A stretch of 64,000 bases of DNA. Origin: an uncultured bacterium (lineage in GTDB: Bacteria; Patescibacteriota; JACMRA01). Positions 1-11,383 of the stretch are shown here, in pieces. The stretch covers positions 1-64,000 of the forward strand of contig CAWAQU010000003.1 in assembly GCA_963784355.1 (NCBI GenBank), written 5' to 3'. Made by a program: the position numbers and the translations under genes. The notes under the pieces were generated by a model that did no database searches, was not told the origin of the DNA, and saw only the letters and a list, made by a program, of their open reading frames with translations. How positions within the stretch are numbered: position 1 is the first letter of the stretch; each line of letters opens with the position of its first letter.

Positions 1-2915
1 GATTGTCATGACTTGCAAATGCGTTCGTGTGGTATAAATCTCGTTCCTAAAAGTACTAGAGATTGGGTTTACCTAGCTTTGGGCTGGCACTCGGGGAGCG
101 GAACTTTTCACTGGATTAGCCGAGGTGAAAAGATGACCGCTGGCGAATTCTGACTTTTTACCTTTGTATTGTTTTGCAAAGGAACTGTTCGATTGAGTTT
201 TGTGCTAACATGAGGTTGATTCAAAACTAGTTTAAGACACAAGTAAAGCAAAATTGTAATAACTTCGCCTTACATGACTCTATAGCATAAATTTTAACTC
301 ATGTCAAAACTATTATTGCGGAGGTAAAAAAGCTGTATATAACAAGCTAGTATCCCTCAGTTAGCTCTTGATTTGGATAGATTCGGTTTGCATACTTTGA
401 GGCATAAGTCTTGTTCTTACTTTCAAAAACACATATTTTAGTTAATGAAAGATTGATACTTTCCAAAAAGAGTCAGTATTTAGACTAAACTTTACACTGC
501 CGTTTTGCTGACTAATCTGAATAACATTATTCAAGATCATATCTTCCATGAAAAAGACCGCCGAAGTAATTTCTCGGATCAATCCCACGAGTTTTATCAG
601 GATTTAGAAAAGCGTCCAACCCATATTTTGAAGATACGGGTTATTGTCACTAGCACAAGCTTAAGAATTACGAGTTTCTGAATCTAGATCAAGATAAAAT
701 GACAAGCCCACTGCTGCAAGACAAGCTCTATATTCTTCTATTGCTTCGTAGTCTTCGCATTTTTTAGTTTCATCTAGTAACCAATCTCCACAAAAATGCC
801 CAATGTTATGAAGCTCAGTATGTAGTTTGGTTAAAAAATCTAGCTTTGGAAAAACCTTACTTTCGATGTACTGAAGAGTAATATCATAACAAACTTACTC
901 AAACCTTGGTCTGATATCTAAAATAGATTTTGTTAGAAAGGTAGAGTTTGATGACTAATAGTTGGTCAACATCTTTCTTAATTTCTTCACCTCCATAGTA
1001 TACTTGAAAGATTGCAAAATCATTAGTTTCTTCACTGCCCGAAATAACCTTCTTGCCATTTAGAAGTAGCTATTGTTGAGACATAGAGTAAAAAAGGTGT
1101 TAATTTTGGACATTTTAGTAGATCATCATTTGCAAATTTCGAATATGCGTTTTCGATCAATTGGCGTATTTGAGTCCATTTGCGAATCAAAATGACCAAC
1201 CATCCAAACATATTTCACGCTATCATTGTAAACTACAGGAAAAGCTATCCAAATGACTAAATTAGAGTATGTGGGTGGTAAGCCTAAACATCCATTTGTT
1301 CAGTGAATTTGAGTCTGTTAATCCTGATTTTAGAGCTTTGTAAAGTTCCAAATCAGATTCAATTTCCAGATCCAACAAACTAGTTGCTGAAATAAGGAAT
1401 TCTTCTTTTTTACCGTTTTCAAGCAATGTTAAAGCTGCAACCCAAGAATTGCTATCGTTAATCATCTAAGCAGCCTCACGATAATAGTTTTGGCTGTAAA
1501 AACATCTCTAGACAAAAAGTGAAAGAAATGACTAAATAAAGCATACAAATTAAATTTAGTAAAGCGTGTCTACTTTAAATATCCAATTAAAACCTCTTTC
1601 TCATCAGTGGAATACAGAGATGATATCTTAAAAGAAAACAAAGGTAATATAGCAGAATACTTTATACCATTTAAGTATAAATCAGAAGTTGAGAAATGGG
1701 TTGTTGCCCCATTGATACCATGCAAAAAGGAGTTAAGGTAGAAATTATTTACTGGATCAAGAACAGCAATCAATTTCACGGTATGGTTTCACCTAAGAGG
1801 GTTAGATACAGACACTCCTGAAGTTGGGTTGTGGATTAAGCAAGAGTCTCAAAACAAAGGTATTGCAAAAAGAGCTATGCAAATCTTATTTGATGAATTA
1901 TCCAAAAAACTGAATAGTAAAAGTGTTGTTTATGATGAATACAAAAATAATGTAGGAAGTAATAAACTAGCTTATCAAAAAGAGTTTGTTGATAATGGTG
2001 TGGTTCTTAATAGGTATTTAAAAGGTTTCTAATAAAGTCCAGAAATTTGACCCAGTAACAAGTGATCTTTTTCAGCTGGTCTTTTGTTATTCTACCGCCC
2101 ACCCTTTCAATTTTATGAATGGATTTTATTTACCCCACTCTTGCCGGGCTTTTTTTGTCTGGACTAGACGGTTCTATCAAGACGTATTTTCTATTTTCTC
2201 ACTCACATCACCACCCCTGCTGCTCACTTGAAAACTGTATTTTTTTATTACTTATAAAATAATCTATGACAGAACCTCGCTTTCATTTTACTATTAAGTT
2301 AATCTAGCTAGGGATTTTTACTTATTAATTATTATTATATTATGGATTGTTACAATTGCAGGCAAGTGCAAGTTTATGATTTGTTGCTGCTCAATGCATG
2401 ACTTAGGCGTGGCCTCTAATACCTAAAGCTAAGCAGGCTGAAGGGTTAAAAGAGGCTGGAATACAAAACTGCTGACTTTGCGATTCATGCAGGAATGGAA
2501 GTTTTTAAGTGACACTAGGTTGGGATTATAAAGAAACCCTGATATTTGCTGTATAGCCTATGATTATATTTTACAGAAAAATTAGGACAGAAATTGAAGA
2601 GAAAACAGGTATTGATATTTTAAATGATTTATACTGGGAAATTTCGGTACATGGGCCCCAGATGCTGCAGGAGCTTTGATTGGAAGCCAAAATGAGCCAA
2701 CTTAGAGGTAATAGTATAAAATACAAGTGGAAGAAGATATCAAAAGTTTTAAGGCTGGTTTTTTGATGGGTTTGGAGGGTATCACTTTGAGCCTGAGGTA
2801 TAGATCAATTACTCAAATTCTGTTAGTTTCTATTTAAAATCTATTTCAAGCCCTTTTTATGCTGAGTTAGGAACCTGTTTGAATACTTTCTAAAATTAAT
2901 CTGTAATAAGTCAGT

Positions 2916-3161
2916 ATGGCTTATCCATCTGATTTAACTCAAGCAGAAGACCAGGAAATAAAACACTATCTACCTGATAAAAAATGTACTAAACCTCTAA
3001 AATGGACAAAACATCAAATTATCAATGGAATGATGTATGTCTTGGTTTCCGGGTGTCAGTGGCAGGATATGCTCCCTAAAGTGATGCCGCCTTGGGAAAC
3101 AGTATATTACTATTTTAACACTCTGGAGGTAATCATTATTAATATCCCTTTTTGTCGGTAA
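2916..3161 (+). pseudogene. Mirror copy of IS5-family transposase N-terminus
   Basis: YPSDLT...W..LP..MPPWETVYYYF motif; lies in the fold-back arm. Confidence 0.75.
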
Positions 3162-3498
3162 AGGTTCTTTTTCCCAGCAATAGATCGATACTTTTATTTA
3201 CCAAGAAATTTTTTTAAAATCAGGTCTATTACTCCTGCTTTCTTCCATGTATTAAAATAGTAATATACTGTTTCCCAAGGCGGCATATCTTTAGGGAGCA
3301 TCCTCCACGACACCCGGAAACCAAGACATAAACATCATTCCATTGATAATTTGATGTTTTGTCCATTTTAGAGGTTTAGTACATTTTTTATCAGGTAGAT
3401 AGTGTTTTATTTCCTCGTACTCTGCTTGAGTTAAATCAGATGGATAAGCCATACTGACTTATTACAGATTAATTTTAGAAAGTATTCAAACAGGTTCT
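3121..3498 (-). mobile_element. IS5-family (IS427/IS1031-like) element, left end and truncated transposase
   Basis: ATG at 3452: MAYPSDLTQAEYEEI...PPWETVYYYFNTWKKAG, then an A-run and a degenerate PTKGII-DSQSV-like motif; putative IR AGAACCTGTTTGAA starting at 3498. Confidence 0.75.
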
Positions 3499-3687
3499 AA
3501 GCTCGCATAAAAAGGGCTTGAAATAGATTTTAAATAGACATTTGAATTTGAGTAATTGATCTATCCTCAGGCTCTAAAGTAATACCCTCCAATTTCATCA
3601 AAAAACCAGCTTAAAACTTTTGATCTGTCTTCCACTTGTATTTTCTGTATTACCTCTATAGTTGGCTCATTATCACTCCAATCGAAG

Positions 3688-4005
3688 CTACTGCACATAT
3701 AATTCCCATGTACCGAAATTTCCTAATTCTAAATTGTTTAAAATATCAATACCTGTTTTCTCTTCAATTTCTGTCCTAACTTTCTGTAGAATATAATCAT
3801 AGGCTATACAGCAAATATCAGGAGTTTCTTTATAATCCCAACCTATGTCACTTAAAAACTCATCTACATAAATAGCAAAGTCGCAGTTGCTTATTCCAGC
3901 CTCTTTTAAAATTTCAGTACGCCTTTTCATATCAAGCCACGCGTAGGGCATCCGTTGGCACAACAAATCATAAACTTGCACTTGCCTGCAATCGTAACAA
4001 TCCAT
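3688..4005 (-). CDS. Hypothetical acidic protein (3' end possibly frameshifted)
   Basis: 105-aa ORF; no family recognised. Confidence 0.55.
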   Translation of the reverse strand: MDCYDCRQVQVYDLLCQRMPYAWLDMKRRTEILKEAGISNCDFAIYVDEFLSDIGWDYKETPDICCIAYDYILQKVRTEIEEKTGIDILNNLELGNFGTWELYVQ

Positions 4006-4316
4006 AATATAATAATAATTAATAAGTAAAAATCCCTAGCTAGATTAACTTAATAGTAAAGGAAAAGCGAGGTTCTGTCATAGATTATTTTATAAGTAAT
4101 AAAAAAATTGCGGTTTTCGAGTGAGCAGCAGGGGTGGTGATGTGAGTGAGAAAATAGAAAATACGTCTTGATAGAACCGTCTAGTCCAGACAAAAAAAGC
4201 CCGGCAAAAGTGGGGTAAATAAAATCCATTCATAAAATTAAAAGGGTGGGCGGTAGAAATAACAAAAGACCAGCTGAAAAAGCTGGCTTGTTATTGGGTC
4301 AAAATTATGGACTTTA

Positions 4317-4794
4317 TTAGAAACCTTTTAAATACCTATTAAGAACCACACCATTATCAACAAACTCTTTTTGAAATTTAAAATCTAGTGCTAAAGCTAG
4401 TTTATTACTTCCTACATTATTTTTGTCTGCATCATAAACGACGCTTTTACTATTCAGTTTTTTGGATAATTCATCAAATAAGATTTGCATAGCTCTTTTT
4501 GCAATACCTTTGTTTTGAGACTCTTGCTTAATCCACAACCCAACTTCAGGAGTGTCTGTATCTAACCCTCTTAGTGAAACCATACCGTGAAATTGATTGT
4601 CTTGATCCAGTATAATCATTTCTACCTTAACTCCTTTTTGCATGGTATTAATAGCTTCAATCAACCCATTTCTCAACTTCTGATTTATCTTTAAATGGTA
4701 TAAAGTATTCTGCTATATTACCTTTGTTTTCTTTTAAGATATCATCTATCCACTGATGAGAAAGAGGTTTTAATTGGATATTTAAAGTAGACAC
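4317..4794 (-). CDS. GNAT (RimJ/RimL-like) acetyltransferase with a 1-nt frameshift near 4666
   Basis: EVGLWI..QNKGIA, N..S..LA..L.F motifs; upstream frame from GTG at 4794 (MSTLNIQLKPLSHQW) joins with one base removed. Confidence 0.8.
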
Positions 4795-4895
4795 GCTTTA
4801 CTAAACTTAATTTGTATGCTTTATTTAGTCATTTCTAGCACTTTTTGTCTAGAGATGTTTTTACAGCCAAAACTATTATCGTGAGGTTAGCTTAG

Positions 4896-6062
4896 ATGAT
4901 TAACGATAGCAATTCTTGGGTTGCAGCTTTAACATTGCTTGAAAACGGTAAAAAAGAAGAATTCCTTATTTCAGCAACTAGTTTGTTGGATCTGGAAATT
5001 GAATCTGATTTGGAACTTTACAAAGCTCTAAAATCAGGATTAACAGACTCAAATTCACTGAACAAATGGATGTTTGGCTTACCACCCACATACTCTAATT
5101 TAGTCATTTGGATAGCTCCTGTAGTTTACAATGATAGCGTGAAATATGTTTGGATGGTTGGTCATTTTGATTCGCAAATGATACAAATACGCCAATTGAT
5201 CGAAAACGCATATTCCAAATTTGCAAATGATGATCTACTAAAATGTCCAAAATTAACACCTTTTTTACTCTATGTCTCAACAATAGCTACTTCTAAATGG
5301 CAAGAAGCATATTCGGGCAGTGAAGAAACTAATGATTTTGCAATCTTTCAAGTATACTATGGAGGTGAAGAAATTAAGAAAGATGTTGACCAACTATTAG
5401 TCATGAACTCTACCTTTCTGACAAAATCTATTTTAGATATCAGACCAAGGTTAGAGCAAGTTTGTGATGATATTACTCTTGAGTACATCGAAAGTAAGGT
5501 TTTTCCAAAGCTAGATTTTTTAACCAAACTACATACTGAGCTTCATAACATTGGGCATTTTTGTGGAGATTGGTTACTAGATGAAACTAAAAAATGTGAA
5601 GACTACGAAGCAATAGAAGAATATAGAGCTTGTCTTGCAGCAGTGGGCTTGTCATTTTATCTTGATCTAGATCAAGAAACTCGTAAGGCTTTTGCTGTGC
5701 TAGTGACAATAACCCGTATCTTCAAATATGGGTTGGACGCTTTTCTAAATCCTGATAAAACTCGTCAGGTGATTCGAGAAATTACTTCGGCAGTCTTTTT
5801 CATGGAAGATATGATCTTGAATAATGTTATTCAGATTAGTCAGCAAAACGGCAGTGTAAAGTTTAGTCTAAATACTGACTCTGTTTTGGAAAGTATCAAT
5901 CTTTCATTAACTAAAATATGTGTTTTTGAAAGTCAAAACAAGACTTCTGGTCTAGCTGCTTTGTCAAAGTATGCAAGAGATGAGTATGCACGAATCTATC
6001 CAAATCAAGAGCTAACTGAGGATACTAGCTTGTTATATACAGCTTTTTTACCTCCGCAATAA
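4896..6062 (+). CDS. Putative Zn metallopeptidase-like protein (DPP-III/M49-like motifs)
   Basis: HTELHNIGH and downstream IEEYRA resemble the M49 HExxGH and EECRAE motifs. Confidence 0.5.
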   Translation: MINDSNSWVAALTLLENGKKEEFLISATSLLDLEIESDLELYKALKSGLTDSNSLNKWMFGLPPTYSNLVIWIAPVVYNDSVKYVWMVGHFDSQMIQIRQLIENAYSKFANDDLLKCPKLTPFLLYVSTIATSKWQEAYSGSEETNDFAIFQVYYGGEEIKKDVDQLLVMNSTFLTKSILDIRPRLEQVCDDITLEYIESKVFPKLDFLTKLHTELHNIGHFCGDWLLDETKKCEDYEAIEEYRACLAAVGLSFYLDLDQETRKAFAVLVTITRIFKYGLDAFLNPDKTRQVIREITSAVFFMEDMILNNVIQISQQNGSVKFSLNTDSVLESINLSLTKICVFESQNKTSGLAALSKYARDEYARIYPNQELTEDTSLLYTAFLPPQ

Positions 6063-6462
6063 TAGTTTTGACATGAGTTAAAATTTATGCTATAGAGTCA
6101 TGTAAGGCGAAGTTATTACAATTTTGCTTTACTTGTGTCTTAAACTAGTTAATGGAGAATATCCTCATGTTAGCACAAAACTCAATCGAATCCTTGACCC
6201 CCTTTGCAAAACAATACAAAGGTAAAAAGTCAGAATTCGCCAGCGGTCATCTTTTCACCTCGGCTAATCCAGTGAAAAGTTCCGCTCCCCTAAATCCTAG
6301 CCAAAGCTAGGTAAACCCAATCTCTAGTACTTTTAGGAACGAGATTTATACCACACGAACGCATTTGCAAGTAGTGTGGTTATTTCTTTTGGACAAATTC
6401 AAATGATGGCTGAGTGGTATCAGACTATAGAGTGTATTTAAAGCCTGAGTTTTAAAATGCAA

Positions 6463-6729
6463 CTACTTCTTTAACTTAGAAGCCAAAAACTCTATTAACT
6501 TTAGATTCTTCTGGTCTAGAGTTGTAACAAATTCATTAACTTTATTAATTTCTTCTTCTTTTTCAAGCTCTAAGCCTATTTCTGAGAATTTTTCAAAGAA
6601 ATTAAGTGCGTATTTTTTAGAATATTCTGAGTCCTTTATAACTTCAAGGATGTCAGTAAAATAGCTGGCTCCGATATGTTTGAGGTCTGCTATGATTTCT
6701 TGATTTGTCCTGTTAATAAAATCTGTCAT
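6463..6729 (-). CDS. Hypothetical protein
   Basis: 88-aa ORF. Confidence 0.6.
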   Translation of the reverse strand: MTDFINRTNQEIIADLKHIGASYFTDILEVIKDSEYSKKYALNFFEKFSEIGLELEKEEEINKVNEFVTTLDQKNLKLIEFLASKLKK

Positions 6730-6860
6730 ATATAGTCAGAATGAAATAGTATTTGTGCTGTTTAGTCAAAGTACAAATGCCCCCTACCCTATAACAGACT
6801 ATACCTACAATTTTTTGCTTAAACTTGCTAAATCATCAGTTGTGTGTTATTAGCTCAAGT

Positions 6861-7277
6861 ATGCAGATTTTTAAGACAAAAATAGGAAAAAAGATTACAC
6901 TACCGTATTTTTCGAGTTTAGTGCAGGCTGGCTTTCCCTCCCCTGCCGATGATTATATTAATGAAAAATTAGATTTAAATGAACGATATATTCAACACCC
7001 CTCATCAACTTTTTTAGTAAAAGTGGAAGGCGACTCAATGATTGGAGCTGGTATTTTCCCAAATGATACTTTGATTATTGATAGAGCTGAGAAGGTCAGA
7101 GATGGAGATGTAGTTTTAGCTATTGTAAATAATGATTTTACAATTAAGAGGTATAAAAAAGTGGGCAGTAAAATGTATCTACTTCCTGAAAATCCTGAAT
7201 TTGAAGCTATAGAAATCACTAAAGATATGTATTTTGAGGTCTGGGGTGTAGTCACTTTAGTAATGCATAAACCATGA
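6861..7277 (+). CDS. umuD: UmuD/LexA-like S24 peptidase (Pol V accessory subunit)
   Basis: VQAGFPSPA cleavage site, GDSM Ser, TIKR Lys; ATG at 6861 preferred over TTG at 6825. Confidence 0.95.
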   Translation: MQIFKTKIGKKITLPYFSSLVQAGFPSPADDYINEKLDLNERYIQHPSSTFLVKVEGDSMIGAGIFPNDTLIIDRAEKVRDGDVVLAIVNNDFTIKRYKKVGSKMYLLPENPEFEAIEITKDMYFEVWGVVTLVMHKP

Positions 7278-7281
7278 TCTT

Positions 7282-8574
7282 ATGTCTAAGGCTATCGCTC
7301 TGATTGATTGTAATAACTTCTACGTTTCTTGTGAGCGAGTTTTTAGGCCAGACTTAAGAAATAAGCCAGTGGTGGTGCTTAGTAACAACGACGGCTGCAT
7401 AGTAGCTAGAAGCAACGAAGTAAAAAATGCAGGTATCCCAATGGGTATTCCTCTATTTCAAGTGAAAGATCAATTGAAAAAAATGGGCTGTGAGGTGTTA
7501 TCAAGCAATTATGCCCTCTACGGTGATATGAGCGATAGAGTAATGAAAACACTTGCTGAATTTGGTTCTAATTTGGAAGTATATTCCATAGATGAAGCAT
7601 TTTTAGACCTGAGTCATGTTCATCCTAGCCAATTATTAGATTTCGGGAAGGAGATTAAACAAAGAATTTACAAAGATACAGGTATTCCCGTTTCTGTGGG
7701 AATAGCCGAAACAAAAACCCTTGCTAAGCTAGCCAATGAAATAGCTAAAAAAGAAGCTAGAAAATCTGATGATGGAGTTGGTAAATACAAGGGTGTATTA
7801 AATCTATATCAAAATCCCTACAAAGATGAATTTCTTAAACAATTTGAAGTAAAAGATATATGGGGAATAGGAAGACAATACGCTAAGAAACTTAAGTCTT
7901 ACTACATAGAAAATGCATATAAGCTTACTCAGTGCAATAATGATTGGGTCAAGAAACACCTCACAATACAAGGTTTAAAAATGGTACAAGAATTGAGGGG
8001 AATTAAGTGTTTAGATATTGAGCAAGTGGCTGATCCAAAAAAAGGTATTGTTTCATCAAGAAGCTTTGGTACTAAAGTAACAGATTTTAATGAGCTAAGT
8101 GAAGCTGTAGCCACCTACACTACAAGAATTGGTGAAAAATTGCGTAAACAAAATTCTGCCGCAGGAGTTATCTACGTTTTCCTGATGGCTAACAGATTTA
8201 AAGACAATATGTATTACAATTCAGCAAGCCTGGCTTTGCCTATACAAACTGCTTACACCCCTACCCTAATAAATCATGCTATAAAGCTTTTAAAAAGTAT
8301 TTACAAAGAAGGCTACGAATATCAAAAAGCCGGTGTTATGGTGCAGAATATTACTGCTGATTCTTCTATTCAATTGAGTCTATTTGACGAGCCAAGTCCT
8401 GAGTTTCAAAGGCAGGATAAAATCATGCAAACAATTGATAAACTTAACAAAAAGTATGGTAAAAACAGTGTAAAACTAGCTGTACTAGGGAATAAACAAA
8501 AGTGGCAGATAAAAGCTGAGATGAGAAGTCCGAGGTATACTACTGTTTGGACTGAGCTGCTTAGAGTTAGTTAG
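7282..8574 (+). CDS. umuC: Y-family DNA polymerase UmuC
   Basis: [18 protein letters not shown]-terminal SPRYTT.W. Confidence 0.95.
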   Translation: MSKAIALIDCNNFYVSCERVFRPDLRNKPVVVLSNNDGCIVARSNEVKNAGIPMGIPLFQVKDQLKKMGCEVLSSNYALYGDMSDRVMKTLAEFGSNLEVYSIDEAFLDLSHVHPSQLLDFGKEIKQRIYKDTGIPVSVGIAETKTLAKLANEIAKKEARKSDDGVGKYKGVLNLYQNPYKDEFLKQFEVKDIWGIGRQYAKKLKSYYIENAYKLTQCNNDWVKKHLTIQGLKMVQELRGIKCLDIEQVADPKKGIVSSRSFGTKVTDFNELSEAVATYTTRIGEKLRKQNSAAGVIYVFLMANRFKDNMYYNSASLALPIQTAYTPTLINHAIKLLKSIYKEGYEYQKAGVMVQNITADSSIQLSLFDEPSPEFQRQDKIMQTIDKLNKKYGKNSVKLAVLGNKQKWQIKAEMRSPRYTTVWTELLRVS

Positions 8575-8581
8575 ATAGGAT

Positions 8582-8833
8582 TCATTTATCTCCATTATTT
8601 TTGCTAAAATATTTTTCATGTAGAACATTAGCATACTCTAAAGCTTTTTCCTTATTAGGGAATTCAACTTTTGGCTCAATTAGACCACCTTCCAGATCAT
8701 ATATACCTACGTACATTTGATTATATATTAGTAGCTCAATAGCAATTTCGTATTCCTCATTTTTAAAATATAGATAAGTAGTTATGTTGGTATTTTCATC
8801 TTTTACAGATTGAAAATCTGATATTGTAAGCAT
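8582..8833 (-). CDS. Hypothetical protein
   Basis: 83-aa ORF. Confidence 0.6.
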   Translation of the reverse strand: MLTISDFQSVKDENTNITTYLYFKNEEYEIAIELLIYNQMYVGIYDLEGGLIEPKVEFPNKEKALEYANVLHEKYFSKNNGDK

Positions 8834-8885
8834 AATATATTCTACTTAATAAATACAACTATTAGATATTTTGACAAATAAAATA

Positions 8886-9542
8886 CTAATTAATCTGATT
8901 CAGTAATTCTTTGGTATTATTCTGTGGACTATTTACAAGCCTACTTACTTCGTAAATGTCTAGTTTCTCATCACTAGGTTTAAGCAGACTATAGGCTGTT
9001 CCAACATCTGCTTCTAAATATTTTTCTTCATCCTTAGGCTCTATAATTACAGGCATTCTATCGTGTAAACTTCGCATTTCTTTATTTGCTTCTGTAGTGA
9101 TTATACTGAAAGTAGTTAGGGTTTGATTAGTTACTGGCTCAGTCCAGTAGTCGTAGATTCCTGCTAGAGAAATAATTGGTTGATCCTTGAAGTGGATAAA
9201 GTAAGGTATTTTATGCTTTTCATCTAACCTTTTCCACTCATAGAATCCTGAGATTGGTACTAAACATCTTTTACTTTTAAAAGGGTGCTTAAAGGAAGCT
9301 TTTTCGAGTAGTGTCTCGCTTCTAGCATTTATCATTTTATAGCCTATCTTGTCATCCTTACTCCAATGTGGCACTAGTCCCCACCTCATTATATCTAAGT
9401 TATTTCCCCCTTCAATTCTTACAACGACAGGTAGGTTCTGCCCTGGAGCAGCATTATAGTTTGGAGTAATTTCAATTAACTCGCCTGCTAGCCCGTAGCG
9501 AGCTTTCATGTTGTCTGGGATTAAAGCAAATCTACCGCACAT
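8886..9542 (-). CDS. SOS response-associated peptidase (SRAP/YedK/HMCES)
   Basis: MCGRF N-terminus, INARSET, GFYEW, HDRMPVI. Confidence 0.95.
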   Translation of the reverse strand: MCGRFALIPDNMKARYGLAGELIEITPNYNAAPGQNLPVVVRIEGGNNLDIMRWGLVPHWSKDDKIGYKMINARSETLLEKASFKHPFKSKRCLVPISGFYEWKRLDEKHKIPYFIHFKDQPIISLAGIYDYWTEPVTNQTLTTFSIITTEANKEMRSLHDRMPVIIEPKDEEKYLEADVGTAYSLLKPSDEKLDIYEVSRLVNSPQNNTKELLNQIN

Positions 9543-9615
9543 ATTTCACTGATTTAAATAGTACTCTAGAATTTTGAAAAGTCGGCCAATTGTCAACACC
9601 TTACACCAAAAAAGC

Positions 9616-9843
9616 TTACTCTGGTTTATTTTCGGTATTTGAACTTTGGTTAATTTGAGAATCTATACCTCTTTGTTGCGTGGAAGAAGTTAGTATACTT
9701 TGGATACCATTGTCATTGAAATTTTCAGTTTGACTAGTTAAAATTTTAGCTAAATCATCGGCTGCACTGTTATTAGGTTGTTTTGTAGTATCATTTGAGT
9801 TGGGTGACAAAATGCTAGCAAGTTTATCGGTTATGTCTGACAT
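9616..9843 (-). CDS. Small low-complexity hypothetical protein
   Basis: 75-aa ORF, 7 nt downstream of 9851 ORF. Confidence 0.5.
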   Translation of the reverse strand: MSDITDKLASILSPNSNDTTKQPNNSAADDLAKILTSQTENFNDNGIQSILTSSTQQRGIDSQINQSSNTENKPE

Positions 9844-9850
9844 AATAAAG

Positions 9851-10462
9851 TTAAAAACTAATCGTAATTCTAAAATCTGTAAAGTTCAAAAATAATATTG
9901 CAATAATAAAGTAGACCAATGAACAAATTAGAAGAGCAGTTTTTAGTCTAGTTATTTTTCTGCATACTTTTTGTAAATTAAAATATTCATTCTTTAAAGC
10001 TTTAAGCGTTGCTTCATATAAGTGTTTTGCTGGGTCTTGTTTTATCTCTGGATCTTGATGCTTGTTAAGGCTATCTAGTAATTTAGTACCAGCAATTGGA
10101 TCAAAGCCGACAGAAACTGCTTTGGAAAGGTTGAGATTTGTCCACAAAATTAAAATGAATAGCAAGAGCGTAAACAATATAAATTTTTGGAAATTATTTT
10201 GATTTAGTATATTCGATGTTAATAAAAAACCACTAAAAGCTATGACTCCGGTTATAGCATAGTTTGAAACACTGCGTATTTCAGTTATAGAAGAAAGTAA
10301 ACCTTGATGTTGGTCTTTTTGATATTCTATAAGAAATTTCAAATACTCAACTTTTGCATTACTGGATATATTATCTCTATTATTTATAAAAAGATTTACA
10401 ATGTTTGGGTAAACAGTTTCAAAAAAAAGATTTTTAAGTTTATTCTCAATTCGATTTTTCAT
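9851..10462 (-). CDS. Membrane protein (~3 TM)
   Basis: Hydrophobic segments; operonic spacing. Confidence 0.65.
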   Translation of the reverse strand: MKNRIENKLKNLFFETVYPNIVNLFINNRDNISSNAKVEYLKFLIEYQKDQHQGLLSSITEIRSVSNYAITGVIAFSGFLLTSNILNQNNFQKFILFTLLLFILILWTNLNLSKAVSVGFDPIAGTKLLDSLNKHQDPEIKQDPAKHLYEATLKALKNEYFNLQKVCRKITRLKTALLICSLVYFIIAILFLNFTDFRITISF

Positions 10463-10469
10463 ACCTATA

Positions 10470-11342
10470 TCATAGTTGTGTATTTATTCTCGCTTGGAGC
10501 CAATCTGGGCCAAGCCCAAAGCAATATAATGATCGGTCAAAATCATGGCCTACAACATTAAAAGTGGAGTGTTCTCTAAATTGACTAAAACTTTCTTGAT
10601 TCTCTTTGTAGAACTGCTCCCTTTCGCTTTCTTTCTTATAATCATATAAGCCTATTACGTTATAGCTCGAATCTGTTAAATAATTTGGAGAAGAATCGTT
10701 TTGGCCTAAATAAAAAGTTGTATAATTTGTTGGATTCCCACCATAATGTGATTCTTTGTATTCAAAATTTTTTACTGATAAATTTGCACTGATATTTGTA
10801 AAAATTGGATTAAAATCTAGTTTATTAAAAAAATCTTGGTTTATTTTATATCCAAAAACCACAGGTTTGAATTCAAGTTTTTTACTTGTAATTGAGTAAC
10901 CTTTTACGGTTTTAGTTTCATGTTCAACAACAGCCTGAACAAAAAACAAATCATCGTTAAAAATATATTCTTCCAGTTGGCCACAAGAATCTAAGTTTTC
11001 TTTGATAAAATTTGCATCAAGAAGCTTATCATTTAGATTTTCATCTTTGAATTTATTAATTATTGCAGGTTCACCCAATATACTTTTATAATAATCTACC
11101 TGCAATTCAATACTAAGTTTATCTATTTTTTCCTGAGCTATATCGTATTTTCTAAAGTGTGAATTAGCATTTTTATAGTAATCATAAATTTTTAAACTGT
11201 TCTCAACTAACGATACAATTGAGGAAAGAGTTATAATTATCAGAGAAATCAAAAATAATAATAAATTATTTTTGATATACTCATTTACCCTATTTACTAT
11301 ACTATCTTTTACCAGCTCATTAGTCCGCTCTAATTTTTTCAT
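10470..11342 (-). CDS. Membrane-anchored hypothetical protein (possibly ETEC_3214-like)
   Basis: Single N-terminal TM; ILGEP and FFVQAV motifs. Confidence 0.55.
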   Translation of the reverse strand: MKKLERTNELVKDSIVNRVNEYIKNNLLLFLISLIIITLSSIVSLVENSLKIYDYYKNANSHFRKYDIAQEKIDKLSIELQVDYYKSILGEPAIINKFKDENLNDKLLDANFIKENLDSCGQLEEYIFNDDLFFVQAVVEHETKTVKGYSITSKKLEFKPVVFGYKINQDFFNKLDFNPIFTNISANLSVKNFEYKESHYGGNPTNYTTFYLGQNDSSPNYLTDSSYNVIGLYDYKKESEREQFYKENQESFSQFREHSTFNVVGHDFDRSLYCFGLGPDWLQARINTQL

Positions 11343-11383
11343 ATCATTATTTACTTCCTACTAAAAAATAATATAAACGATCA

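Larger units (their letters stand above)
12..6372. repeat. ~3.1-kb-arm inverted repeat (fold-back); 12..3120 mirrors ~3250..6372
   Basis: 1262..1465(-) repeats the start of 4896..6062(+); 1829..2032(+) repeats 4317..4676(-); 2916(+) repeats 3452(-). The left arm is full of indels. Confidence 0.95.

Noticed and set aside
1262-2032. ORFs 1262..1465, 1570..1779 and 1829..2032
   Set aside because: Frameshifted mirror fragments of genes in the right arm; not independent genes.
3100-3260. Hairpin telomere with the tyrosine recombinase acting as protelomerase
   Set aside because: The loop is asymmetric, the pivot is mid-transposase, the arms are noisy, and the recombinase is only 200 aa.
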